Shown piece by piece: positions 11,328 to 23,460 of a DNA stretch of 64,000 bases (positions within the stretch are counted from its first letter, which is position 1; every line of letters begins with the position of its first letter). Location: positions 186,001 through 250,000 of the forward strand of contig NIVC01000504.1 in the NCBI GenBank assembly GCA_002269645.1, written 5' to 3'. The position numbers and the translations under genes were made by a program. The notes under the pieces were generated by a model. The model did no database searches. It was not told the DNA's origin and worked only from the letters and a program-made list of their open reading frames with translations. Origin of the DNA: Macrostomum lignano. Lineage: Eukaryota.

Positions 11328-14280
11328 TCAATTTTTCTGCAAATGATTTCTTAAACTAAGAAATTCTGCTGTCAGGGCAACAAAATCGACAGTCCAACTG
11401 TCGGCCTCATTGTTGTGACTCTGCGGATTATCGTGCAGCACTCTGCCGTCTAGCGACATCTGATGCTCTCGCTGCAGTTGCACGACCTCCTCGCAGGGCA
11501 CCGTCTCGTCTACTGAGACCCACCGAACCATGCGAGTTCGATGTTGGCGAATTAAGTCGCGAATTTTGCGATCATTGGTCAGCTCCTCGGGCAGGTGGCC
11601 ATTGTGCGTCCTCTGGTCCGGGTCGATCTGGAAATGCCATTAGATTAGGGATTAGCGGGGCGATTCTCTAATGACACCAAATGACGATTCTCTAATGGCA
11701 CTAGAGGCCGATTCTCTAATGGCACTAGATGGCGATTCTATAATGGCACTAGATGTGATTACTCTAGTGGCACTAGATGGTGATTCTCTAATGGCACTAG
11801 ACGGTGATTCTCTAATGGCACTAGAGGCCGATTCTCTAATGGCACTAGATGGCGATTCTATAATGGCACTAGATGTGATTACTCTAGTGGCACTAGATGG
11901 TGATTCTCTAATGGCACTAGACGGTGATTCTCTAATGGCACTAGAGGCCGATTCTCTAATGGCACTAGATGGCGATTCTCTAATGGCACTAGATGGTGAT
12001 TCTCTAATGGCACCAAATGGCGATTCTCTAATGGCACCAAATGGCGATTCTCTAATGGCATCAAATGACGATTTTCTAATGGCACTAGATGGCGATTCTC
12101 TAATGGCACTAGATGGCGATTCTCTAATGGCACTAGATGGCGATTCTCTAATGGCACTAGATGGTGATTCTCTAATGGCACCAAATGGCGATTCTCTAAT
12201 GGCACCAAATGGCGATTCTCTAATGGCATCAAATGACGATTTTCTAATGGCACTTGAGGCCGATTCTCTAATGGCACTAGATGGCGATTCTCTAATGGCG
12301 GCTTGAGGATGATTCTCAATACTGGGGCGTGTTAAAGGTCGATTTTAACCAAAGGAGCATGGGATTCGAGTTCGGGACCTTTCTACAAGCTTATTCACAA
12401 CAAACAGTTGTTATAATGCAAGCACTAACAAACAAACCTTAGCCACCTGCAGCAGCATCTGCACCATGTCGCGGTCGCCAAACTGGCAGGCCAAATGCAG
12501 CGCTGTCAGGCCGTTCTTGTCGCCAATTGATGCCAGACTTGGATCGCGTTGTACTAAGGAACTGGCTATACGAATTCTAGCCTGACAAATTGACTTACGA
12601 ACGCGTCTTCTGCTACTACTAGTAGCATTACTATGAAAATCCGTGCAACAATAATGCAGAGCGGTGTAGCCGAACATGCGACACTGCCGACTCAACAAAC
12701 AGATTGAAGCTCTGGAGTCGGCTAATTCAATAGAATGATCAACATATCGACTGACTCGACTATTCACGGCGCTATCAGCAAAAAACTCCGAGTCTGTAGC
12801 GTTGCTATAATCATTATCGTTAGCAATAATAATGTTACTATGCTTAATCGCATCAGACGGGGCCTGGCAACTGCCTGTACTGTCTAATAGACAGTTAACA
12901 ACAGATTCGGAGCCCAGCTCAACGGCAGCCATCAGGACGGTCCTACCGGCGCTGTCTACCAACAGCCAATCGGTAGCTGGCTGCCACAGTCTGGAAAACT
13001 CTTCTACAGGCTTAGCGGATTTCATTATAGTTACTAGGCGAGCAAATCTACTGAATCTGGCGGCTTCCAATGCGTAGCGAACGCCTTCGAATGGGGCGCC
13101 GTCGTAGAGATGACAATTGCCGCTTGCTGGCTCGGGTATGACCGGAGACGCGCCATTTGCTAGCAGGTATCGGACTAGGCTTAGGGAGCCTCGCTTAGCA
13201 GCCAGGTAGATTGGTCGCTCATTGCGATCGTTGGGCTGGTCAATCTGGTCCAGAGGCAGCTGGGGCGACTCCGGTTCGCTGCCGGCGCTGCCTAGTGACA
13301 GCAGGACTGTTACTACCTGGAATGCCAGGTGGTGAAATGAGGATCTCATGAGGAAAATGAACAAATATGAAGTTTTATAATAGTTCTAGTTGAGGCTCTG
13401 TAGGAATACGAGTATTGAAATCCCAAGCTTAAGCAATAGGGATTTGGGAAGATGTTTCTAACCTGGGGATTTGGGAAGATGTTTCTAACCTGGGGATTTG
13501 GGAAGCTGCTTCTAATCTGGGGATTTGGGAAGATGTTTCTAACCTGGGGATTTGGGAAGCTGCTTCTAATCTGGGGATTTGGGAAGATGCTTCTAATCTG
13601 GGGATTTGGGAAGGGGCCTAAATTGGGGAGCTGGGAAGATATCTAAGTTGGGGAGCTGGGAAGATGCCTAAATTGGGGATCTAGGAAGATTTCTAAATCG
13701 GGGATCTGGGAAGATGTCTGAATTGGGGATCTGGGAAGATGTCTAAAATGGGGATTCGGGAAGACTTCTAAGTTAGAGAGCGTAGATGCTGTTTATGACC
13801 AGCCAACCTGCAGGTGACCCTGCCGACAGGCCGCGTGCAGCACGCCAGATCCATCCGCGGGGTGCCGCAAATCCAAACGGACACCGGGAAAGTCAACCAG
13901 CAACCGAACAGCATCCACGTGACCATTGGAGCAGGCCAGGAACAGCGGCCAGTTGCCGCCCAAGTCTCGGCAGTTCAAATCGTCACCGGGTTCGAGCGAC
14001 ACTGAGAGGCTGGCCAGGCAGCCGGACACGGCTAGGCCGAACAGGCCGGGGTTCACCAGCTCCCGCTGGCGCCTGGCCGAGGCGGCAGTCAGCGCTCGGT
14101 CTATCGGAGTCTCCGCGGCGGATGCGGTGGCGGTAGCATCTTTTGATCGACTATCGCGAGGACTGCGGTGGCGATGCTGCTGCTTTTGAAGAGCTGACCG
14201 GGCTTCGGATAGGCCTGGTGTTAGTGGGAGAGTGTGCTTACTGTCTGCAGCTAGCTGCTGGCATGAACATACAGACAGAC

Positions 14281-14317
<37 letters not shown>

Positions 14318-14320
14318 CTA

Positions 14321-14392
<72 letters not shown>

Positions 14393-17300
14393 CGACAGAC
14401 AGACAAACAGACAGACAGACAGAGAGACAGACAGACAGACAGACAGACAGGCAGGCAGACATGCAGGCAGCCTCACCAGACAGACAGACAGACAGCCTCA
14501 CCAGTCAGACAGACAGACAGCCTCACCAGTCAGACAGACAGACAGCCTCACCAGTCAGACAGACAGCCTCACCAGTCAGACAGGCGGTATAAGCCAGCAT
14601 AGCCTGCACGCTGGCAGCATTCCCGGCAGACACGGCCAGTTCCAGAGCCAGCCGGTGCTCAAAGTCGCGCACAGCCGGGCAGGCACCGTACTCAAGCAGC
14701 AGTCGAACTGCCAAAGCATTGTCCTCAGCCGCGGCCATAGCCAGAGCAGTCCTGCCCGTGGCCGGATGCTGGCCGTTAATGGGACAGTCAGGCTGGTCTA
14801 ACAGGAACTGCAAGGCAGACATGGAGTTGCATTTGGCGGCCAGACACAGCGGCGTGAAGCCGTCAGGATCGGTGACGAACAGGTCGGTGTGACGGAACCT
14901 TGCAGCCAGCTGGTCCGGCAGACGAGAGACGAGTTCGGCTATGACGCGAGATCGTTGGTTGCGCCGTCTGCACAGATGCATGAGTATATATTTTGTGGCG
15001 TCAAATTTTAGGGTTACTACACCGATTTTATATATTATTTCTAATTCAAGCGGTCTCTAATCTCACCTGTTTGTCCCTAGTCTCATCTGCCTGTCTCTAG
15101 TCTCACCTGTTTGTCTCTAATCTCCACTGTTTGTTTCTGATCTCCCATTTTTGTCACTAATCTCACCTGTTTGTCTCTAGTCTCATCTGCCTGTCTCTAA
15201 CCCAATCTGCCTGTCTCTAGTCTCACCTGTTTGTCTCTAATCTTACCATCCTGTCTTTAATCTCCACTGTTTGTTTCTAATCTCACCTGTTCGTCTTTAC
15301 TCCCATCCGCCTATCTCTAATCCCATCTGCCTGTCTCTAGTCTCACCTGTTTGTCTCTAATCTAACCTGTTTGTCTTGGGTCTACGACGTTTGCCTGCGG
15401 GACGTTTGCCAGCCGACGTTTGCCTGCTGGACGTTTGCCAGCCGACATTTGCCAGCCGACGTTTGCCAGCCGACGTTTGCCAGTGGGACGTTTGCCAGCC
15501 GAAGTTTTCCTGCCGGACGTTTGCCTGCGGGACGTTTGCCAGCCGACATTTGCCAGCCGACGTTTGCCAGCCGACGTTTGCCAGCCGACATTGGCCAGCC
15601 GACATTTGCCAGCCGACGTTTGCCAGCGGGACGTTTGCCAGTCGGACGTTTGCCAGCCGACGTTTGCCAGCCGACGTTTGCCTGCCGGAAGTTTGCCAGC
15701 CAAAATTTGCTAGCCAATATAAAGCCAGTCAGTGAAAAATTTGATACTGAAACATTCGCAGTTTAGCGGTTTGACAAAAACCGTTTTTACTCCAACTTTC
15801 TGACGGTTATTCGCATGTATACAAGTTTGAATGTGAAAATATTAGATAGATAGATAGGATTTCACTTTGAATGTGAAAATATTGTTTACTTTTGGCAATT
15901 GTGTATCGTTTTTCCCAGTTTGAGATGTTTGATTTTTGATGTGCGAAAGAAGACGCGCAGATTTCAACGGGAATCTCCAGCGATTAAGTTATGAGGCAAA
16001 CAAAAAGAGCTGCTGAGCGGTAATTCTGGCTCATATATTTCTCAGTTCATTGGGAGATCCAAAAGTAAGCAAATTGATTCCAATTCTGTTGTATTACTAC
16101 TCAAGTAAGCCAGGAAACCGCGATCTCAACGTACATGTGTAGACGAGTCGAATGCGGTACGTTTGTATAGTAAGCTATATAGCTGAATAGCCAGACAAGC
16201 CGCCAGTAGCAAGCTAGTAGGATAGCAAGCGCTAGACACTACGTATGCAAAGCTTAGTCACGCCAAGGACTACTAAAGTAGAAGTACGCAGCACTCGAAA
16301 TCTATGAAAAATGTTTTGAAGGCCATAGGGAGATAGGAAGTTTTCATCTTTTCAGCACAACAATTGTTATTGCTTTCATACGAGGCAAACCCAATGTTCA
16401 TCTTTTGATATGTTGTGCCAAAATCGTTGTTAAACTAGATATTAGACGTTAGACTGATGAACTGCATAATTTATATATTTTGCTTTCAAACTTGTATACA
16501 TGCGAATAACCGTCAAAAAGTTGGAGTAAAAACGGTTTTTGTCAAACCGCTAAACTGCGAATGTTTCAGTATCAAATTTTTCACTGACTGGCTTTATATT
16601 GGCTAGCAAATTTTGGCTGGCAAACTTCCGGCAAGCAAACGTCGGCTGGCAAACGTCGGCTGGCAAACGTCGGCTGGCAAACGTCCGGCAGGCAAACGTC
16701 GGCTGGCAAACGTCCGGCAGGCAAACGTCCGGCAGGCAAACGTCTCACTGGCAAACGTCGGCTGGCAAACGTCGGCTGGCAAATGTCGGCTGGCAAACGT
16801 CCCGCAGGCAAACGTCGGCTGGCAAACGTCCCGCAGGCAAACGTCGCTATCCCGTTTGTCTTTAATCTCACCTGTTTGTCTCTAATCTCACCTGTTTGTC
16901 TCTAATCTCACCAGCCTGTCTCTAATCTCCACTGTTTGCTTCTAATGTCATCTGTTTGTCTCTACTCTAATCTGCCTGTCTCTAATCCCATCTGCCTGTC
17001 TCTAATCTCACCTGTTTGTCTCTAATCTTACCAGCCTGTCTCTAATCCCATCTGCCTGTCTCTAGTCTCACCTGTTTGTCTTTAATCTCACCTTTGTCTT
17101 TAATCACCTGTTTCTAATCCCACAGCCTGTCTCTAATCTCTACTGTTTGTTTCGAATCTCCCATGTTTGTCTCTTAATCTCATCTGTTTGTCTCTAATCT
17201 CATCTGTCTGTACTTCACTCCCACTCTCACCTGTCTTTCTCTTACTTAATCTACCTGTCTCTTATCGGACATTAAATCAAGGCTCTAATCTCAGATTTCT

Positions 17301-20300
17301 CTGATCTTAGCTACCTATATCTAATCTCACCTGTCTCCAGTTTTAACCTCTCAATATTTTGTCGCCTATCATGATATGCTTCTCAGGATAAAATGTCTAA
17401 ACCCCTACAAATACAATCAAGACTCGCACTAAGAATCACAACCTACCTTTCAATCAGCCTGGTGCAGGGATTATTTCCACCCGAACATTTAAATCCCAAA
17501 TGATCCGGCAAGGCGCCAGCCTTATCCGGCAAATTAAAATCCACTTCGTGTTGCAATAGAAAATTAGTTAGATCTTCATCAGCAGCCAGAGCAGCCAAAT
17601 GCAGAGCAGTCCGACCCAAACTGGAGTCTGCAGCATTTAAATCGGCCTTCAAAAGATGCAGATAGCAAGCTAAATAGTGCTGACGATATTCTGAATCCCA
17701 GCCTTGACTTAGATGAATTAACTGGTGAGACAGTGGCGACTCGGACTGATTATTTCTATTGATACTACTTGAATCGGTCAGTAGTAGCTTTCTGCGTAGC
17801 AAATTAGCAAGCAAAGCTAAGCTAGACAGGCCCATCTCTAAGCAGCGATGCAGCAGAGCATTGTCGCCGCCGTTCACTGCCGATATGTTGAGTTGGCCCT
17901 GTTTAAAGGTAATGATTGAATGGTGTTTTTAACCGACTTCAGTTGCTTTGACTTTAATAATTTTAACTTTACCATAAGTCTATCTTAACTTTTTAAGCTT
18001 GCCACACTTCTAGATCAGTATGTCACTCTATACTGTCATGTCCCTCCATTCCACCAGTTGTCACTTGAACACATCAGTGTCTCAACCCATTCAATCAGTG
18101 TGACACCAGTGACACCAGTGTATCACTTCATTTAATCAGTCTGTCACTTCATCTAATCAGTCTGTCACTCCATCTAATCAGTCTGTCACTCCATCTAATC
18201 AGTCTGTCACTCCATCTATTCAGTTTGTCATTCCATCTAATCAGAGTGTCACACTATCATACGAAAGTGTCACTCCATCTAATCAGTCTGTCACTCCATC
18301 TAACCAGTACTGTCACTCTATCTAATCATTCTGTCACTCCATCTATTCAGTGTGTCACTCCATCTCATCAGTGTCACTCCATCTAATCAGTTTGTCACGC
18401 GATCTAATCAGTGTGTCACTCCATCAAATATTTTTCTCACTTCATTCAATCAGTTTATTTTCACTTAATTCTATAATTGTGTCACTCTTTTAAGCCACGA
18501 TATGCTACTAAATATGTCGCTAAATAGTCCATTTAACTAGTGGCTACAAACTATTTTTTGATTATTGCACTCGAATATTCAGCCGATAGTACTCAATCTA
18601 GAACCTATTCATTACCTGATTAGCCAACACTAACAGCTCTTCGTGAGTAGCCGGATTAGTCACTAATCCCAGGGCGTGGATTCTTTGTTCAGGCGTCAGA
18701 CTAACCGGCCCAGAATTGAATTCAGCTTTCTGCTTCGGCTGATTGGAAGAAGGCGTTAAAAATTTAAACAAAGACAGCGGAGCTTTCACAGCCATAGACG
18801 TAGCCGCGGAACCAACTGAACTAGTTGATAAACGAACTTTACTGCGAACTGTAGGCGACGCCACGGCCGACAAAGACCTGCCGCTTGCATCTAGCAGTTT
18901 AACACAACTGGAACTGTCGAGTTTGTGTAATAAAGTGACGCACTGGACTGAATCGGCTAGACAGGCCGTGTGCAATAGAGTGAAACGGCTGGGTCCCGGC
19001 ATGCGGACTCGCGGATGCAGCAGACGAGACTGGAGCAGGGCTAATAGGTGCCTGCAGAGGTTTGAAGAAAATCGACAGATAAGTCAGATTTTTAAATGAA
19101 CTAAGCTTGTAACGAATGTCTACGACTTGAGATTTTAAGATAGGACTAGGAGATATGTAAGATTTTTAAGATAGGAGAATCTATTTAGTGTTAATATTTT
19201 GAAATTTCCAAATCTATTGATGAGATTTTTGAGACCGGCAACTCTAGTGGTGAGATTTTTAAGAGATTGTCAAATCTATTGATGAGATTTTGAGACCGGC
19301 AACTCTAGTGGTGAGATTTTGACATTAGGAAATCTGGTGGTGAGATTTATAAGCGATTGCCAAATCTATTAATGAGATTTTGAGATCGGCAAATCTAGTG
19401 GTGAGAATTTAAGATTGGGGAATCTAGTGGTGAGATTTTTAAGAAATTGCCAAATCTATTAATGAGATTTTGAGATCGGCAAATTTAGTGGTGAGATTTT
19501 GAGATTGGGAAATCTAGTGGTGAGATTTTTAAGAGATTGTCAAATCTATTGATGAGATTTTGAGATCGGCAAATCTAGTGGTGAGATTTTGAGATCGGCA
19601 AATCTAGTGGTGAGATTTTGAGATCGGCAAATCTAGTGGTGAGATTTTGAGATTGGGAAATCTAGTGGTGAGATTTTTAAGAGATTATCAAATCTATTGA
19701 TGAGATTTTGAGATCGGCAAATCTAGTGGTGAGATTTTGAGATTGGGAAATCTAGTGGTGAGATCTTTAACAGATTGTCAAATCTATTGACGAGATTTTG
19801 AGATTGGGAAATCGAGTGTCGAGATTTGAGAAATTAGGAAATCTAGGGGTGAGATTTTGATAATTAAAAATCTAGTAGTGAGATCTGAGCAGTCAATCAT
19901 AACAGTAGACAACAAGTGGTTCTACAACGCACCTCTCCAGATCCAGCATAATTAACAGCCTAGTCAGCGATATCAAACAGTCCGGCCCCTCAACCAACTG
20001 TTGTCTGTGCGCAGAAACAAAATCCGGAAAATCCTCAGCAGAAGGAAACCAATCGATAAAATTAGCGAACGCATTAAACGGTTTCGGTGGTCTTAAAAAT
20101 GACTGACAAATAAACAGATGCGACTGAGGACTATAAGGCTCTTCTATGGATTGAATTTGCCTGTCGATTGCTGCCACTTCAGCTGGAGGGAATGAAAGTT
20201 TAACTACAATGCGAGATTGCACTGGAGGCGGCGGAGGAGGTGGCGGAGGCGGTGGTCGTGCAAGAGGATGCTCACGATCTTCATTGGCAACGAGACCGTC

Positions 20301-20657
20301 ATTAAAGTGATTGCAATTAAGGTCAACGTCGGAATTAGCAGTACGATTATGCTTCTGTTGCTGTTGCAGTGCTAAATTAAGTTGACTGCCTAGAAGTGAT
20401 TCCTCTGGTCGATAGAACCATGTCATGGATTGTTGATGCTGATCAAGGTGAGAGCGTTGAGCCCGCGAGGACACATTGCCCTGAGGAGGCAGGGAAAGCT
20501 GCAAGAGACATCCTTGTTGTTGCTGATTTCCAAGAACATTGATCGACGAAGCAATATGCCTACTTCCAATATTCAAACTGGCGCCAACATTCGATGACGA
20601 GTGTTCCGGTGTTGCAGTACCGTTAAGAAAAACGCTTTTATCCGACTGGTTCTGCAT
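11328..20657 (-). CDS. Multi-ankyrin-repeat protein, 7 exons: 20774-19933, 19051-18616, 17898-17447, 14967-14573, 14250-13808, 13316-12438, 11627-11328
   Basis: Ankyrin motifs include [61 protein letters not shown] and [16 protein letters not shown]. All joins are GT-AG and phase-consistent. The first in-frame ATG after the 20775 acceptor is at 20657. No ortholog recognised. Confidence 0.8.
11655..12320. repeat. 24-bp minisatellite (GATGGCGATTCTCTAATGGCACTA) in ankyrin-gene intron 6
   Basis: Direct reading; contains the GGCGATTCTC core. Confidence 0.93.
13435..13775. repeat. G-rich 26-27-bp minisatellite (GGGGATTTGGGAAGATGTTTCTAACCT) in ankyrin-gene intron 5
   Basis: Direct reading. Confidence 0.9.
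14270..14580. repeat. (ACAG)n microsatellite plus five copies of CCTCACCAG(TCAGACAGA), filling ankyrin-gene intron 4
   Basis: Direct reading. Confidence 0.93.
15055..17340. repeat. 20-bp minisatellite (CTAATCTCACCTGTTTGTCT) in ankyrin-gene intron 3, split by the MULE-like insertion
   Basis: Units are present at 15055-15377 and 16854-17340. Confidence 0.88.
15378..16853. mobile_element. Non-autonomous foldback / Mutator-like (MULE) DNA transposon, 1476 bp
   Basis: GGG...CCC termini. 9-bp TSD GTTTGTCTT at 15369-15377 and 16854-16862. Long TIRs (about 15378-15830 and 16486-16853) made of an outer ACGTTTGCCAGCCG-type tandem array and an inner ~130-bp unique inverted segment. No transposase. Confidence 0.85.
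18080..18430. repeat. 21-bp minisatellite (TCTGTCACTCCATCTAATCAG) in ankyrin-gene intron 2
   Basis: Direct reading. Confidence 0.88.
19170..19890. repeat. 29-bp minisatellite (GAGATTTTGAGATCGGCAAATCTAGTGGT) in ankyrin-gene intron 1
   Basis: Direct reading. Confidence 0.9.
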
Positions 20658-21344
20658 CAAATTAAGCTGCTGATTTTTCAGTTGCCTCAATTTACTAACG
20701 CCATCAAGATTTTCCTTGCCGTTACCAACGACTACAACTATTGGGGCGGCTGTGCGAGTTTGAGCAGATGGCAGCTGAAATATTGAAACAAAATTTATTG
20801 ACAAATAATTACTAAGATATAGCGCTACAAAAAATGACAGAAACTTTATCAAACGTCGTTAGGATTAAACTTTCCTATGAATGAACAACTAACCTTAAAT
20901 TCTTGACAAATCAAATGAAAACAAGATAAAATTATTGATATTCTAATAAAAATCACTTGTGCCAGTTAGAATAAAATTCGTCAATATTATTGATTCTTAA
21001 AGGTATATTTCATAATGAAAAGCATCATTAGACTCGGTAGCACAACAACTGCCTGCGGCGACAACTTTGTTCGTGCGTGTGTGTATTCCCTGTTGCTTTT
21101 AAGTTAATAACTAAGTGAACCAATGTACTGTAGTATTAGCAAATAGTTTCTGTCTGCAAACTATTTGCATTGTAATCGATATTGTATTTTGGGGGGGGGG
21201 GTGCTGGTCTGGGTTATACATTCTATTTAGACAAATGCGCGTTATCTTTGTAAAGGCTTTTTTGTTGTATTTTTGTTACTTTTACAAAAAATGAGATTAT
21301 TGTTAAACATCTTTGTCCGTGACAATTTTACTCGAATAAGGTGA

Positions 21345-21464
21345 TCTATACATGTAAAACTAAGGTAGCAATTGGTCAAGAAAGTGTGCTTTATAATGGA
21401 TTTGAATCAATAATTTTTGCTCCTTGCTTATTGCGCGCCCCGAAGGGGGGCACTAGATTGCTAG
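21345..21464 (+). mobile_element. Putative 120-bp mini-Helitron
   Basis: A|TCTATA 5' end at 21344/21345. GC-rich hairpin (gcgccccgaaggggggc) about 9 nt upstream of a CTAG|T 3' end at 21461-21465. Confidence 0.4.
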
Positions 21465-21651
21465 TCAATACACTAAAACCGGTTTTTATTTCTCTGTTTG
21501 GTATTTTAAATTTTCTTTTTAACTAATAATAACTATGATGTTTCGCTCTGAGTTGCTGAACAAGGCAGTTGTCGCCGCAGGCAATTGTCGAAGAACCTTA
21601 AAATAAGTATAAAAGCCTCACAAACACCGGAACAATTACAAGAAAACACAG

Positions 21652-22834
21652 TTAATTCGCCTTAGCTTTAGAGCTGGAAACACTGCCACGAAATGGTAGC
21701 ATAAACTGATCAACATTGCCCAACTTTTGCAAAGCCTCGTAAGCCGGATTAGGCAACACTGTTTTCAAGGCGATGAAACAGTACACAATTCTAGGCACGG
21801 CTACTAGCGACTCTTCAGCCAGGATGGCGGCCACAGCTCTGTCAGCAACATAGGCCGGGTCAAGCGACGGGAACAGCCATTCAATTGGCGAGTTGCAGCC
21901 TTGGAACATGCCGGTGCGGATTAGGTAGGGGCACAGGGTGGTCACCGGGATGCGAGCGTTCGGGTAGCAACTGCGCAGCTCGCTTTGAAGGGATTCGGCA
22001 AAGATCACATCGGCCGCTTTTGATGCGCAATAGTCTGAGAGGTGGCTGGCCCCGATCCAACCTGCACAGGAGGCCGTGTAGAACAGGTGGCCGCTGCCTC
22101 TGGACAGCATGTGCGGCAGGAGAGCCTTGGTGATCCAATAGTGACTGAGCAGGTTCACTCGGTACAGCTGCGGGTTGATGTTTGTGACTGTGCGAACTAG
22201 CACCACGCACTCTCCCGTCTGTCCCCATGTATGTTTAATCTGTCAACTATTTCGTTTTAAGTCATTTCAAGCTGGTACTCTGAAGAGTCAACACTTACAC
22301 CCTGGAGCACATTTTCTAAATTCAGAATCAAGAATCATATGTCCCATTCTCAACTATTTCCCATATTCACCTGGTCACCCAGGCCTCCCTCACCTTCTCC
22401 GTCTTGTCATCGTCGGAGTCCAGCAGCTTCTTGCCCTGAACAATGCCCGCATTGTTAACCACAATGTCGACGCGGCCCATCCGGTTCAGGGTCTCCTTGG
22501 CAACCGAGTAGCAAGCCTCACGCGAGGCCACGTCGCAGATGAAGGACTCGAACTGGACGGAGCCGCTGCTGCCGCAGGCTTCGGCCACCAGACGGCGGGT
22601 GGCCTCCAGGCCTTCGCTGCTGATGTCCCAGGCGGCCACACGACAGCCGAGGCGGGCGAGCCGAACGCAGATCAGCTGACCGATGCCTGCTCCGGCTCCC
22701 GTTACCATGGCAACCTGGCCGCGAATCGATTTGCGCTTCGGTACAACGCAGCGGTAGAAGAACTGGACCCAGCTGATGGCGAACCAGCAGGGCAGGCGGA
22801 CAAGGAAAAACAGCACGTCCACGATGGGGTGCAT
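21652..22834 (-). CDS. Short-chain dehydrogenase/reductase of the SDR16C family (RDH10 / epidermal retinol dehydrogenase 2 / HSD17B11-like); exons 22834-22394 and 22167-21652
   Basis: N-terminal TM helix, TGAGAGIG, AWDI, NNAGIV, YCASK catalytic motif, TTLCPYLIRTGMFQG. Intron GAGAAG|GTGAGG ... cccgcag|CTGTAC. Confidence 0.9.
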
Positions 22835-22869
22835 GGCGGCAGGAGCGGGGAGGTGAGCAGCTTGAGTGC

Positions 22870-23460
22870 CGTGGGATTGATGGGGCTTGGGATTGATGGG
22901 GCTGGGACTGATGGGGCTGGGACTGATGGAGCTGGGATTGATGGAGCTGGGATTGATGGGACTGGGCCTGATGGGGCTGGGACTGATGGAGCTGGGATTG
23001 ATGGAGCTGGGATTGATGGAGCTGGGATTGATGGAGCTGGGATTGATGGAGCTGGGATTGATGGAGCTGGGATTGGTGGAGCTGTAATTAATGAAGCTGG
23101 GATTGATGGAGCTGGGGATGAAGAAGCTGGGATTGATGGAGTTGGGATTGATGGAGTTGGGATTATTGAAGCTGGGATTGATGGGACTGTGACTGATGGA
23201 GCTGTGGTTGGATGAGCTGTAATTAATGAAGCTGGGATTGATGGGACTGTGACTGATGGAGCTGTGGTTGGATGAGCTGTAATTAATGAAGCTGGGATTG
23301 ATGGAACTGGGGATGAAGAAGCTGGGATTAATGGAGTTGGGATTAATGAAGCTGGGATTGATGCAGCTGGGAGTGATGAGGCTGGTATTGATGGAGCTGG
23401 CATTGATGGAGCTGGGACTAATGGGACTGACATTAACGTAGACAGATACTGGGACTGATG
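22870..23460. repeat. 15-bp minisatellite (GGGATTGATGGAGCT) just upstream of the SDR start
   Basis: Direct reading. It generates the DGAGI and PAPSI pseudo-ORFs. Confidence 0.92.

Noticed and set aside
11641-13775. Telomeric repeats
   Set aside because: There is only an isolated TTAGGG at about 11645. The G-rich array at 13.4-13.8 kb has a 26-27-bp unit, not TTAGGG.
22175-23433. 346-aa plus-strand and 243-aa minus-strand (PAPSI-repeat) ORFs overlapping the SDR start
   Set aside because: They arise from a 15-bp repeat plus the antisense or alternate frame of the SDR exon. The minus-strand ORF is out of frame with the SDR and would be removed if the 22861 acceptor is used.
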